IMG/VR virus record: IMGVR_UViG_2740892036_000003 | Source: a virus | Taxonomy: Duplodnaviria; Heunggongvirae; Uroviricota; Caudoviricetes | Length of the DNA stretch: 19,748 nt | Strand: one strand, 5' to 3' | Part shown: one piece after another, positions 11,100 to 19,748 of the stretch | Layout of the letters: the number at the start of each line of letters is the position of its first letter | Numbering within the stretch: the first letter of the stretch is position 1 | Notes under the pieces: generated by a model | Databases searched by the model: none | What the model was told of the DNA's origin: nothing | The model's input: only the letters and a program-made list of their open reading frames with translations | Program-made: the position numbers and the translations under genes

Positions 11100-11148
11100 C
11101 TTTTTCTGCTTCACCTTAATCGGATAATCTCAACAAAAAGAGTTACTT

Positions 11149-12207
11149 GTGGATAAGCCATTTCGAAGAATTTTGCTCATTAAGATGCGTTTTCATGGGG
11201 ATATGTTATTAACTACTCCCGTCATTAGTTCGCTGAAAAAAAATTACCCTGACGCAAAAATCGATGTGCTGCTTTATCAGGACACCATCCCGATCCTGTC
11301 TGAAAATCCAGAGATTAACGCGCTCTACGGCATAAAAAATAAAAAAGCAAAAGCCTCAGAAAAAATTGCCAACTTTTTTCATCTCATCAAGGTATTACGT
11401 GCCAATAAGTATGACCTTATCGTCAATCTTACCGATCAATGGATGGTTGCTATACTGGTTCGCTTATTAAATGCCCGTGTGAAAATTTCCCAGGATTATC
11501 ATCATCGGCAGTCTGCTTTTTGGCGTAAAAGTTTCACCCATTTGGTGCCGTTGCAGGGTGGAAATGTGGTGGAAAGTAACTTATCCGTGCTGACACCATT
11601 GGGACTTGATTCGTTGGTGAAGCAGACAACCATGAGTTACCCGCCTGCAAGCTGGAAACGTATGCGTCGCGAACTTGATCACGCTGGTGTTGGACAAAAT
11701 TATGTGGTTATCCAACCTACGGCGCGGCAAATCTTCAAATGCTGGGACAACGCCAAGTTTTCCGCTGTGATTGATGCCTTACATGCTCGTGGTTATGAAG
11801 TCGTTCTGACGTCCGGCCCGGATAAAGACGATCTGGCCTGCGTCAATGAAATTGCGCAGGGATGCCAGACGCCACCAGTAACGGCGCTGGCTGGAAAGGT
11901 GACCTTCCCGGAACTTGGTGCGTTAATCGATCATGCGCAGCTGTTTATTGGCGTTGATTCCGCACCGGCGCATATTGCCGCTGCAGTTAATACGCCGCTG
12001 ATATCGCTGTTTGGTGCGACAGACCATATTTTCTGGCGTCCCTGGTCAAATAACATGATTCAATTCTGGGCGGGAGATTACCGGGAAATGCCAACGCGCG
12101 ATCAGCGTGACCGAAATGAGATGTATCTTTCGGTTATTCCGGCGGCAGATGTCATTGCTGCTGTCGATAAATTACTGCCCTCCTCCACGACAGGTACGTC
12201 GTTATGA
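11149..12207 (+). CDS. waaQ: LPS core heptosyltransferase III (GT9)
   Basis: Track ORF 11149..12207 (GTG at 11149). The start is uncertain: downstream candidates are TTG at 11173 and ATG at 11185. Stop overlaps the waaG start (ATGA at 12204-12207). Confidence 0.85.
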   Translation: MDKPFRRILLIKMRFHGDMLLTTPVISSLKKNYPDAKIDVLLYQDTIPILSENPEINALYGIKNKKAKASEKIANFFHLIKVLRANKYDLIVNLTDQWMVAILVRLLNARVKISQDYHHRQSAFWRKSFTHLVPLQGGNVVESNLSVLTPLGLDSLVKQTTMSYPPASWKRMRRELDHAGVGQNYVVIQPTARQIFKCWDNAKFSAVIDALHARGYEVVLTSGPDKDDLACVNEIAQGCQTPPVTALAGKVTFPELGALIDHAQLFIGVDSAPAHIAAAVNTPLISLFGATDHIFWRPWSNNMIQFWAGDYREMPTRDQRDRNEMYLSVIPAADVIAAVDKLLPSSTTGTSL

Positions 12208-13328
12208 TCGTTGCTTTTTGTTTATATAAATATTTTCCCTTTGGCGGTTTGCAGCGTGATTTTATGCGTATTGCTCAGACAGTCGCCGCCCGAGGTCATC
12301 ATGTTCGGGTTTATACCCAGTCGTGGGAAGGCGAATGCCCTGATGTATTTGAACTGATCAAAGTGCCGGTTAAATCGCATACCAATCACGGGCGCAATGC
12401 GGAGTATTTTGCCTGGGTGCAAAAACATTTACGCGAACATCCCGTCGATAAAGTCGTTGGATTCAACAAAATGCCGGGGCTGGACGTTTATTATGCCGCT
12501 GATGTTTGTTATGCCGAGAAAGTAGCGCAGGAAAAAGGCTTTTTCTATCGCCTGACGTCACGTTATCGCCATTATGCCGCCTTTGAGCGGGCAACCTTCG
12601 AACAGGGCAAGCCGACACAGCTGCTGATGCTGACAGATAAGCAAATCGCCGATTTCCAGAAACATTATCAGACTGAAGCGGAGCGTTTTCATATTCTGCC
12701 ACCGGGGATTTATCCTGATCGTAAATATAGCCAGCAGCCAGCCAATAGCCGTGAAATCTTCCGTAAGAAGAATGGAATAACCGAACAACAATATTTATTG
12801 TTGCAGGTCGGTTCAGACTTCACGCGTAAAGGTGTCGATCGTTCCATTGAAGCACTTGCTTCGTTACCGGATTCGCTGCGCCACAACACATTGCTATATG
12901 TTGTTGGGCAGGATAAACCGCGAAAATTTGAGGCACTGGCAGAAAAACGCGGCGTGCGCAGTAATGTTCACTTCTTCTCGGGGCGCAACGATGTCTCGGA
13001 ATTAATGGCGGCGGCGGATTTATTACTGCATCCTGCCTACCAGGAAGCGGCGGGAATTGTGCTGCTGGAAGCGATTACTGCAGGATTACCGGTACTAACA
13101 ACTGCCGTTTGTGGCTATGCGCATTATATTGTCGACGCTAATTGCGGCGAGGCTATTGCTGAGCCATTCCGCCAGGAAACATTGAATGAGATTTTACGCA
13201 AAGCGTTAACGCAATCTTCATTGCGCCAGGCTTGGGCGGAAAATGCGCGACATTATGCTGATACACAAGATTTATACAGTCTGCCAGAGAAAGCGGCGGA
13301 TATCATAACGGGTGGTCTGGATGGTTGA
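12204..13328 (+). CDS. waaG: LPS core glucosyltransferase I (GT4), 374 aa
   Basis: Track ORF 12204..13328, [39 protein letters not shown]... Confidence 0.93.
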   Translation: MIVAFCLYKYFPFGGLQRDFMRIAQTVAARGHHVRVYTQSWEGECPDVFELIKVPVKSHTNHGRNAEYFAWVQKHLREHPVDKVVGFNKMPGLDVYYAADVCYAEKVAQEKGFFYRLTSRYRHYAAFERATFEQGKPTQLLMLTDKQIADFQKHYQTEAERFHILPPGIYPDRKYSQQPANSREIFRKKNGITEQQYLLLQVGSDFTRKGVDRSIEALASLPDSLRHNTLLYVVGQDKPRKFEALAEKRGVRSNVHFFSGRNDVSELMAAADLLLHPAYQEAAGIVLLEAITAGLPVLTTAVCGYAHYIVDANCGEAIAEPFRQETLNEILRKALTQSSLRQAWAENARHYADTQDLYSLPEKAADIITGGLDG

Positions 13329-14118
13329 ACTTAAAGAGCCGTTTGCCACGTTATGGCGCGGCAAAGATCCTTTTGAGGAAGTTAAAACCTTGCAGGGTGA
13401 GGTATTTCGTGAACTGGAAACTCGCCGTACTCTGCGCTTTGAAATGGCGGGCAAAAGCTATTTTCTCAAATGGCATCGCGGCACGACCCTGAAAGAGATA
13501 ATCAAAAATTTACTCTCATTGCGGATGCCAGTATTAGGCGCTGACCGCGAATGGAATGCGATTCATCGACTGCGGGATGTCGGCGTTGATACTATGTATG
13601 GGGTGGCATTTGGCGAAAAAGGCATGAATCCGCTGACCAGAACTTCATTTATTATTACCGAAGATCTGACACCAACCATAAGTCTGGAAGATTACTGTGC
13701 TGACTGGGCGACCAACCCACCAGATGTTCGCGTAAAGCGTATGCTTATTAAGCGTGTCGCGACGATGGTGCGCGATATGCATGCTGCGGGCATTAATCAC
13801 CGTGACTGTTATATCTGTCATTTCCTGCTGCACTTGCCTTTTTCCGGTAAGGAAGAGGAGTTAAAAATTTCGGTAATTGACCTGCACCGGGCGCAGCTTC
13901 GCACGCGCGTTCCACGTCGTTGGCGCGATAAAGATCTTATTGGGCTTTATTTTTCTTCGATGAATATCGGCCTGACTCAGCGGGATATCTGGCGGTTTAT
14001 GAAAGTGTATTTTGCCGCCCCGCTTAAAGACATTCTCAAGCTGGAACAAGGACTGCTGTCGCAAGCAGAAGCAAAAGCCACAAAAATCAGGGAAAGAACG
14101 ATTCGAAAATCGTTGTAA
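13321..14118 (+). CDS. waaP: LPS core heptose I kinase, 265 aa
   Basis: Track ORF 13312..14118. Real start is ATG at 13321 ([21 protein letters not shown]...), overlapping the waaG stop by 8 nt. Confidence 0.9.
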   Translation: MVELKEPFATLWRGKDPFEEVKTLQGEVFRELETRRTLRFEMAGKSYFLKWHRGTTLKEIIKNLLSLRMPVLGADREWNAIHRLRDVGVDTMYGVAFGEKGMNPLTRTSFIITEDLTPTISLEDYCADWATNPPDVRVKRMLIKRVATMVRDMHAAGINHRDCYICHFLLHLPFSGKEEELKISVIDLHRAQLRTRVPRRWRDKDLIGLYFSSMNIGLTQRDIWRFMKVYFAAPLKDILKLEQGLLSQAEAKATKIRERTIRKSL

Positions 14119-14133
14119 TTTCCGGAGAGAAAT

Positions 14134-15150
14134 ATGAGTGCCCACTATTTTAATCCACAAGAGATGATCAATAAGACAATCATCTTCGATGAAAGGCCAG
14201 CGGCGTCAGTGGCATCATCATTCCATGTTGCTTATGGCATTGATAAAAACTTTCTTTTTGGTTGTGGTGTTTCAATCACGTCAGTTTTGTTACATAACAA
14301 CGACGTGAGTTTTGTTTTCCACGTTTTTATTGATGATATCCCTGAAGCCGATATCCAGCGTTTAGCCCAATTGGCGAAAAGCTATCGTACCTGTATCCAG
14401 ATCCATCTGGTAAATTGTGAACGGCTTAAGGCATTACCGACGACCAAAAATTGGTCTATTGCCATGTATTTCCGTTTTGTAATTGCAGATTACTTTATTG
14501 ATCAACAAGATAAGATCCTTTACCTGGATGCTGATATCGCCTGTCAGGGAAACTTAAAGCCGCTGATAACAATGGATCTTGCCAATAACGTTGCTGCTGT
14601 TGTTACTGAACGCGATGCTAACTGGTGGTCGTTACGGGGTCAAAGTCTGCAGTGTAATGAACTTGAAAAGGGTTACTTTAATTCAGGTGTCCTGTTAATT
14701 AATACACTAGCGTGGGCGCAGGAGTCCGTTTCTGCTAAAGCGATGTCGATGCTTGCTGATAAAGCCATCGTTTCCCGTTTAACCTATATGGATCAAGATA
14801 TCCTTAATCTTATCCTGTTAGGGAAAGTTAAATTCATTGATGCTAAATACAATACGCAATTTAGTTTAAATTATGAATTAAAAAAATCATTTGTTTGTCC
14901 AATTAATGATGAAACCGTATTAATTCATTATGTCGGCCCGACAAAACCCTGGCATTACTGGGCCGGTTATCCAAGTGCGCAACCTTTTATCAAAGCCAAA
15001 GAAGCATCGCCCTGGAAAAATGAACCGTTAATGCGGCCAGTTAACTCAAACTATGCTCGTTATTGCGCCAAGCATAATTTTAAACAAAACAAACCAATTA
15101 ACGGGATAATGAATTATATTTATTATTTTTATTTAAAGATAATAAAATGA
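14134..15150 (+). CDS. waaO: GT8 LPS alpha-1,3-glucosyltransferase (WaaO/WaaI-like), 338 aa
   Basis: Track ORF 14134..15150; GGAGAG RBS at 14123-14128. GT8 hallmarks: YGIDKNF near the N-terminus, LYLDADI DXD motif, HY..PTKPWHYW C-terminal motif. Position immediately after waaP. Confidence 0.8.
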   Translation: MSAHYFNPQEMINKTIIFDERPAASVASSFHVAYGIDKNFLFGCGVSITSVLLHNNDVSFVFHVFIDDIPEADIQRLAQLAKSYRTCIQIHLVNCERLKALPTTKNWSIAMYFRFVIADYFIDQQDKILYLDADIACQGNLKPLITMDLANNVAAVVTERDANWWSLRGQSLQCNELEKGYFNSGVLLINTLAWAQESVSAKAMSMLADKAIVSRLTYMDQDILNLILLGKVKFIDAKYNTQFSLNYELKKSFVCPINDETVLIHYVGPTKPWHYWAGYPSAQPFIKAKEASPWKNEPLMRPVNSNYARYCAKHNFKQNKPINGIMNYIYYFYLKIIK

Positions 15151-15166
15151 AATTGAGAAAAGTTAA

Positions 15167-16162
15167 ATGAATGAATTTATAAAAGAACGGTTTTCGTATT
15201 TAGCAGATAATAAAAAAGAAAACGCCCCAGAGCTAAATGTTTCCTACGGTATCGATAAGAATTTTTTGTATGGTGCTGGCGTTTCAATTTCTTCCGTTTT
15301 GATTAATAATTCAGATATTAATTTTGTCTTTCATGTTTTCACTGATTATGTGGATGATGATTATTTAAAGTCATTTAATGAAACAGCAAAACAATTTAAT
15401 ACCTCAATTATTGTATATTTAATTGACCCCAAATACTTTGCTGATCTGCCGACGTCACAGTTTTGGTCGTACGCGACATACTTCAGGGTATTGTCTTTTG
15501 AATATCTGAGTGAAAGTATTTCCACACTGCTGTATCTGGATGCCGATGTTGTTTGTAAAGGAAGCCTGAAACCTCTCACAGAAATTATATTTAAAGATGA
15601 GTTTGCTGCGGTCATTCCTGACAATGATAGTACTCAGGCGGCATGTGCAAAACGCCTCAACATTCCCGAAATGAATGGACGTTATTTCAATGCAGGCGTT
15701 ATCTATGTCAATCTTAAAAAATGGCATGAAGCAAATTTGACACCGTATTTACTCAAACTTTTACGAGGGGAAACTAAATATGGCTCTCTTAAATATTTAG
15801 ATCAGGATGCGTTGAATATCGCATTTAATATGAATAATATCTACCTTGCGAAGGATTTTGATACTATTTATACCCTGAAAAACGAACTTTATGATCGTAG
15901 TCATCGAAAGTATCAGCAAACCATTACCGATAAAACAGTGTTGATTCACTATACAGGGATAACTAAACCATGGCATAGCTGGGCTGGATATCCGTCTGCA
16001 TCATACTTTAATATCGCGCGTGAACAATCTCCCTGGAAGAAATATCCTCTTAAAGAGGCGCGGACTGTTGCAGAAATGCAGAAACAATATAAGCATCTGT
16101 TTGCCCATGGTGAGTATATAAAAGGCATAACTTCATTAATTAAGTACAAGCTTAAGAAATAA
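15167..16162 (+). CDS. waaT: GT8 LPS alpha-1,2-glycosyltransferase (position and family fit R1-type WaaT), 331 aa
   Basis: Track ORF 15167..16162. Paralogous to the preceding gene (YGIDKNFLYGAGVSI, LYLDADVVCKGSLKPL, HYTGITKPWHSWAGYPSA). Naming is by gene order. Confidence 0.7.
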   Translation: MNEFIKERFSYLADNKKENAPELNVSYGIDKNFLYGAGVSISSVLINNSDINFVFHVFTDYVDDDYLKSFNETAKQFNTSIIVYLIDPKYFADLPTSQFWSYATYFRVLSFEYLSESISTLLYLDADVVCKGSLKPLTEIIFKDEFAAVIPDNDSTQAACAKRLNIPEMNGRYFNAGVIYVNLKKWHEANLTPYLLKLLRGETKYGSLKYLDQDALNIAFNMNNIYLAKDFDTIYTLKNELYDRSHRKYQQTITDKTVLIHYTGITKPWHSWAGYPSASYFNIAREQSPWKKYPLKEARTVAEMQKQYKHLFAHGEYIKGITSLIKYKLKK

Positions 16163-16171
16163 ATTACTCTT

Positions 16172-16864
16172 ATGATTACAAGTATACGTTATCGCGGCTT
16201 CTCATTTTATTACAAAGATAATGATAATAAATATAAAGAAATCTTTGATGAAATACTGGCCTATAATTTTAAAACAGTAAAAGTATTACGTAATATTGAT
16301 GATACCAAAGTATCATTGATTGATACGAAATATGGTCGCTATGTTTTTAAAGTCTTTGCCCCGAAAACGAAAAGGAATGAACGTTTTTTAAAATCTTTTG
16401 TAAAAGGTGACTACTATCAGAATTTGATCGTTGAAACCGATCGTGTCAGAAGTGCAGGTCTTACTTTTCCTAATGATTTTTATTTTCTGGCTGAGCGTAA
16501 AATTTTCAACTATGCCAGTGTTTTTATTATGCTTATCGAGTATGTCGAGGGCGTAGAGCTCAATGATATGCCGATTATTCCAGAAAATGTTAAAACAGAA
16601 ATTAAGGCTTCAATGGAAAAATTGCATGCCTTAAATATGCTATCGGGCGACCCACACCGGGGTAATTTTATCGTTAGTAAAGATGGTGTCAGGATAATTG
16701 ACCTATCCGGTAAAAGCTGTACGGCAGAGCGTAAAGCTCGTGATCGTCTGGCCATGGAACGTCACCTGGGTATTGCCAACGAAATAAAAGATTATGGCTA
16801 CTATTCAGTAATCTACAGAACCAAACTACGCAAATTTATTAAAAAATTAAAAGGCAAAGCGTAA
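16172..16864 (+). CDS. waaY: LPS core heptose II kinase, 230 aa
   Basis: Track ORF 16172..16864. Recognised as WaaY-like (LIDTKYGRYVFKVFAPKTKRNERF, DPHRGNFIV, RIIDLSGK). Confidence 0.75.
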   Translation: MITSIRYRGFSFYYKDNDNKYKEIFDEILAYNFKTVKVLRNIDDTKVSLIDTKYGRYVFKVFAPKTKRNERFLKSFVKGDYYQNLIVETDRVRSAGLTFPNDFYFLAERKIFNYASVFIMLIEYVEGVELNDMPIIPENVKTEIKASMEKLHALNMLSGDPHRGNFIVSKDGVRIIDLSGKSCTAERKARDRLAMERHLGIANEIKDYGYYSVIYRTKLRKFIKKLKGKA

Positions 16865-16889
16865 ACCACACAGTCAAAACGGAACCAAC

Positions 16890-17915
16890 ATGGATTTATT
16901 AGCTGAGAGTATTACTGAAGTCGCTGTCTCTGGGGAAATTGCTAACACCGATCGTGTGTTAAATATCGCTTACGGTATTGACCGTAACTTTTTATTTGGT
17001 GCGGCAGTATCTATGCAATCAGTTGTTATGCATAACCCGGACCTTGCGGTTAAGTTTCATCTCTTTACCGACTACATTGATGAAGATTATCTACAACGTG
17101 TTAATGCTTTTACCAGCAAAAATGCTAACGTTGAAGTAATAATTTATAAAGTCTCCAATGCCTTTATTGATATCTTCCCCAGCCTGAAACAGTGGTCTTA
17201 TGCAACATTCTTCCGTTTAGTTGCGTTCCAGTATTTGAGTGAAACTATTGAAAATCTGTTATATATCGATGCTGATGTCATCTGTAAAGGCTCATTAGCT
17301 GGATTGCTTGATATTAATTTTGATGAGGATAAGTTCGCAGCTGTTATTAAAGATGTGCCTTTTATGCAGGAAAAACCAGCGAAGCGTCTGGCTATAGAGG
17401 GACTTCCAGGGAATTATTTCAACGCCGGTGTAGTATATCTGCAGCTTGAAGCATGGGCGAAAAATGATTTTATGAATAAAGCCATTGCTATGCTGGCAAG
17501 TGACCCGCAGCACACGAAGTATAAATGCCTTGATCAGGATATTTTAAATATTCTGTTCTTTGGTCATTGTATTTTTATTAGCGGCGATTATGATTGCTTT
17601 TATGGCATTGACTATGAGTTAAAAAATAAAAGCGATGAAGATTATAAAAAGACCATTACCGATGATACTAAGCTGATTCATTATGTTGGCGTAACGAAGC
17701 CCTGGAACGACTGGACGAATTATCCCTGCCAGAAGTATTTTAATGAGGCTTATCAGGCTTCTTGCTGGAATGATGTGGCGTTTATTCCAGCCACGAATGA
17801 AAAGCAGTATCAAGTGAAATATCAACATGCAAAGAAAAATGGTGATACGTTTAACGCTTTTATTTACTTCATTAAATTTAAATTAAATAAGTATAAAAGA
17901 AAACTATTTGGATAA
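16890..17915 (+). CDS. waaW: GT8 LPS alpha-1,2-glycosyltransferase (position fits R1-type WaaW), 341 aa
   Basis: Track ORF 16890..17915. Third GT8 paralog (YGIDRNFLFGAAVSM, LYIDADVICKGSLAGL, HYVGVTKPWNDW). Confidence 0.7.
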   Translation: MDLLAESITEVAVSGEIANTDRVLNIAYGIDRNFLFGAAVSMQSVVMHNPDLAVKFHLFTDYIDEDYLQRVNAFTSKNANVEVIIYKVSNAFIDIFPSLKQWSYATFFRLVAFQYLSETIENLLYIDADVICKGSLAGLLDINFDEDKFAAVIKDVPFMQEKPAKRLAIEGLPGNYFNAGVVYLQLEAWAKNDFMNKAIAMLASDPQHTKYKCLDQDILNILFFGHCIFISGDYDCFYGIDYELKNKSDEDYKKTITDDTKLIHYVGVTKPWNDWTNYPCQKYFNEAYQASCWNDVAFIPATNEKQYQVKYQHAKKNGDTFNAFIYFIKFKLNKYKRKLFG

Positions 17916-17999
17916 TAATAAAAATCATGGATGTCTGAGTTACAATAATAATTAAGGATGAGTACTATCATATTTTATTAGTTCAGGCAAGAGAACACG

Positions 18000-18983
18000 A
18001 TGAGCAATGATTACCCTTTAGTATCCATAATAATACCGACGTATAATTCATCTGATTACATTACTGAAACTCTAACGAAATTAGAAAAACAAACTTACCC
18101 AAATTTTGAAATTGTTATTGTTAATGATGGTTCTAAAGATAACACATCAAACGTTTTGAGAGAGTATGGGTTAACCCACTCTCGATTAATTATTATCAAT
18201 AAAGAAAATGGCGGTGTTTCGTCTGCCAGGAATACAGGTATCCGCAAGGCGCAAGGACAGTTTATATGTTTTATGGATGATGATGATGAGATAGATCCTA
18301 ACTATCTGCTGAAGATGTATACCAGACAACATGAGACGGGAGGGGATGCGATTTATTGTGGGCTTTATGGCCATTATATAAAAGATGGTGTTACTTACTC
18401 ACCTATAAATACAGAGTTTAATGAAGGATCTTTACTTTTCGACTTTTTTTATAAAAAGGTTAGATTCCATATAGGGTGCTTGTTTATAAGAAAACAACTT
18501 CTGGAAGAGAATAATCTTTTTTTTGATGAAGATTTACGACTAGGAGAAGATCTTGATTTTATCTATCGACTGCTAATTACATGCGATATGTATGCGGTTC
18601 CATATTATATGTATAAGCATAACTATAGAGAAAATTCCTTAATGAACTCATGTAGAACCATCACTCATTATCGACATGAGTCATTTGCGCACGAAAGAAT
18701 CTACTCTTCTGTGATGCAGTTATACAAAGGTAACCGGAAAGAAGAAATTCATACATTATTGAGTCAAAATAGAGCTTATCATAAAACTCGTTATTTATGG
18801 AATGTTCTACTTAATGGTGATTTTAAACTATTGAATCAATTAGTTGAAAGCAATGATAAAGAATTAAGAGATTGTAATCTTCCTGGCAAGAGAGATAAGA
18901 GACGAGCAAAAATATTAGCATCAAAAAATTATATTCTCTGGAGGATGGTAAGACTGGTAAATAGAAAAAAGAATAAACGTTAG
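18000..18983 (+). CDS. waaV: GT2 (GT-A fold) beta-glycosyltransferase (fits R1-type WaaV), 327 aa
   Basis: Track ORF 18000..18983. N-terminal VSIIIPTYNSSDYI, VIVNDGSKDNT, FMDDDDE and LGEDLDF are classic GT2 motifs. A GT2 enzyme at this position is what distinguishes R1 from R4 (which has a GT25 enzyme here). Confidence 0.7.
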   Translation: MSNDYPLVSIIIPTYNSSDYITETLTKLEKQTYPNFEIVIVNDGSKDNTSNVLREYGLTHSRLIIINKENGGVSSARNTGIRKAQGQFICFMDDDDEIDPNYLLKMYTRQHETGGDAIYCGLYGHYIKDGVTYSPINTEFNEGSLLFDFFYKKVRFHIGCLFIRKQLLEENNLFFDEDLRLGEDLDFIYRLLITCDMYAVPYYMYKHNYRENSLMNSCRTITHYRHESFAHERIYSSVMQLYKGNRKEEIHTLLSQNRAYHKTRYLWNVLLNGDFKLLNQLVESNDKELRDCNLPGKRDKRRAKILASKNYILWRMVRLVNRKKNKR

Positions 18984-19028
18984 ATCTTGCATTAAATAAC
19001 CCATCCTCGTAGCATAGGTTGAAACTAT

Positions 19029-19748
19029 ATGTCGTTTTGTTGGAATGAAATTAATTCTGGTATAAAGTCTTTAATTCTCATATTATGTATTTTTTCTTTA
19101 ATGACTTTGTCTTTATGGGATGATGTTGCAACAAAGTTTCTTCATGCAGCTGGAATTATATCTGCATTGTATTTTCTTGCGACACCAAAAAAAACAATAA
19201 CTAATAATCCTACTTTGTTAATTTTCATCTCATTATGTCTTTTGGGTATCGTAAATATCATCTGGTATTCACATTATAAAGTTTCAGGCTCTGTTTATAC
19301 CAATGCATATCGTGGCCCAATGGAAACTGGAAAAATTGCCTTGTGTAGCGCTTTTATTTTCTTAGTTCTTTTTGCTAAAAATGAGATGAGAACAAAAATA
19401 AAATTTGGGAAACTAATTCTGTTCGCATCCCTGGCAACGCAGTTACTTTTTTTTGCGCATGCCATGTGGCAACATTTCTATTTAAACGTCGACCGTGTTG
19501 CATTATCAGCTTCCCACGCTACAACAGCAGGCTACATCATCCTTTTTCCTTCTTTACTGGCATCAATTCTCATTTTAAAATCCGACTTAAGACATAAAAC
19601 AACATTATATACAATTAACTTCATGCTTAGTTTATGTGCTGTCATAGTAACTGAGACGCGTGCAGCCATATTAGTGTTTCCATTCTTTGCGTTAATATTA
19701 ATCGTAATGGATAGTTATATTAATAAGCGAATTAATTATAAGTTATAT
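19029..19748 (+). CDS. waaL: O-antigen ligase WaaL-like polytopic membrane protein; 5' complete, truncated by the window end (240 codons visible)
   Basis: Not in the ORF track because no stop is reached. Hand-translated from ATG 19029: MSFCWNEINSGIKSLILILCIFSLMTLSLWDD..., with no in-frame stop to 19748. Very hydrophobic, with IWYSHYKV and TETRAAILVFPFF segments resembling WaaL. Confidence 0.7.
   Translation, partial: MSFCWNEINSGIKSLILILCIFSLMTLSLWDDVATKFLHAAGIISALYFLATPKKTITNNPTLLIFISLCLLGIVNIIWYSHYKVSGSVYTNAYRGPMETGKIALCSAFIFLVLFAKNEMRTKIKFGKLILFASLATQLLFFAHAMWQHFYLNVDRVALSASHATTAGYIILFPSLLASILILKSDLRHKTTLYTINFMLSLCAVIVTETRAAILVFPFFALILIVMDSYINKRINYKLY

Noticed and set aside
12222-12791. 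Three short minus-strand ORFs (68-79 aa) inside waaG
   Set aside because: Antisense to waaG; no RBS or recognisable features.
13645-14160. Minus-strand ORFs (62 aa and 99 aa) inside waaP and the waaP-waaO junction
   Set aside because: Antisense to waaP; frame artefacts.
15361-17828. Several short minus-strand ORFs inside the GT8 genes, waaY and waaW
   Set aside because: AT-rich DNA leaves few stops in some antisense frames; all overlap paralog-supported sense CDSs.

Overview
This window looks like enterobacterial (Escherichia coli / Shigella-type) chromosome, mostly conserved backbone, with one accessory edge at the far left. From left to right: a phage-type tyrosine integrase (minus strand, real start about 1535) abutting the 3' end of yicC; then yicC, rph (full-length 238 codons), the rph-pyrE attenuator, pyrE, slmA, dut, coaBC, radC/yicR, rpmB-rpmG, mutM, coaD and waaA; then the divergent waaA-waaQ regulatory region with an exact ops element; then a co-directional LPS core operon waaQ-waaG-waaP followed by low-GC outer-core genes whose content and order (three GT8 paralogs, the WaaY kinase, a GT2 enzyme, a partial WaaL-like ligase) fit the R1 core type. 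No tRNA, rRNA, CRISPR array or IS element was seen. I do not see a complete undescribed system inside the window. The only candidate lead is the integrase: it marks the boundary of an inserted element whose cargo lies beyond coordinate 1, and its upstream region carries a symmetric GTGTACAC-type repeat array. Gene names rest on my recognition of the translated products and synteny, not on any database search. All coordinates were checked by hand against the sequence.
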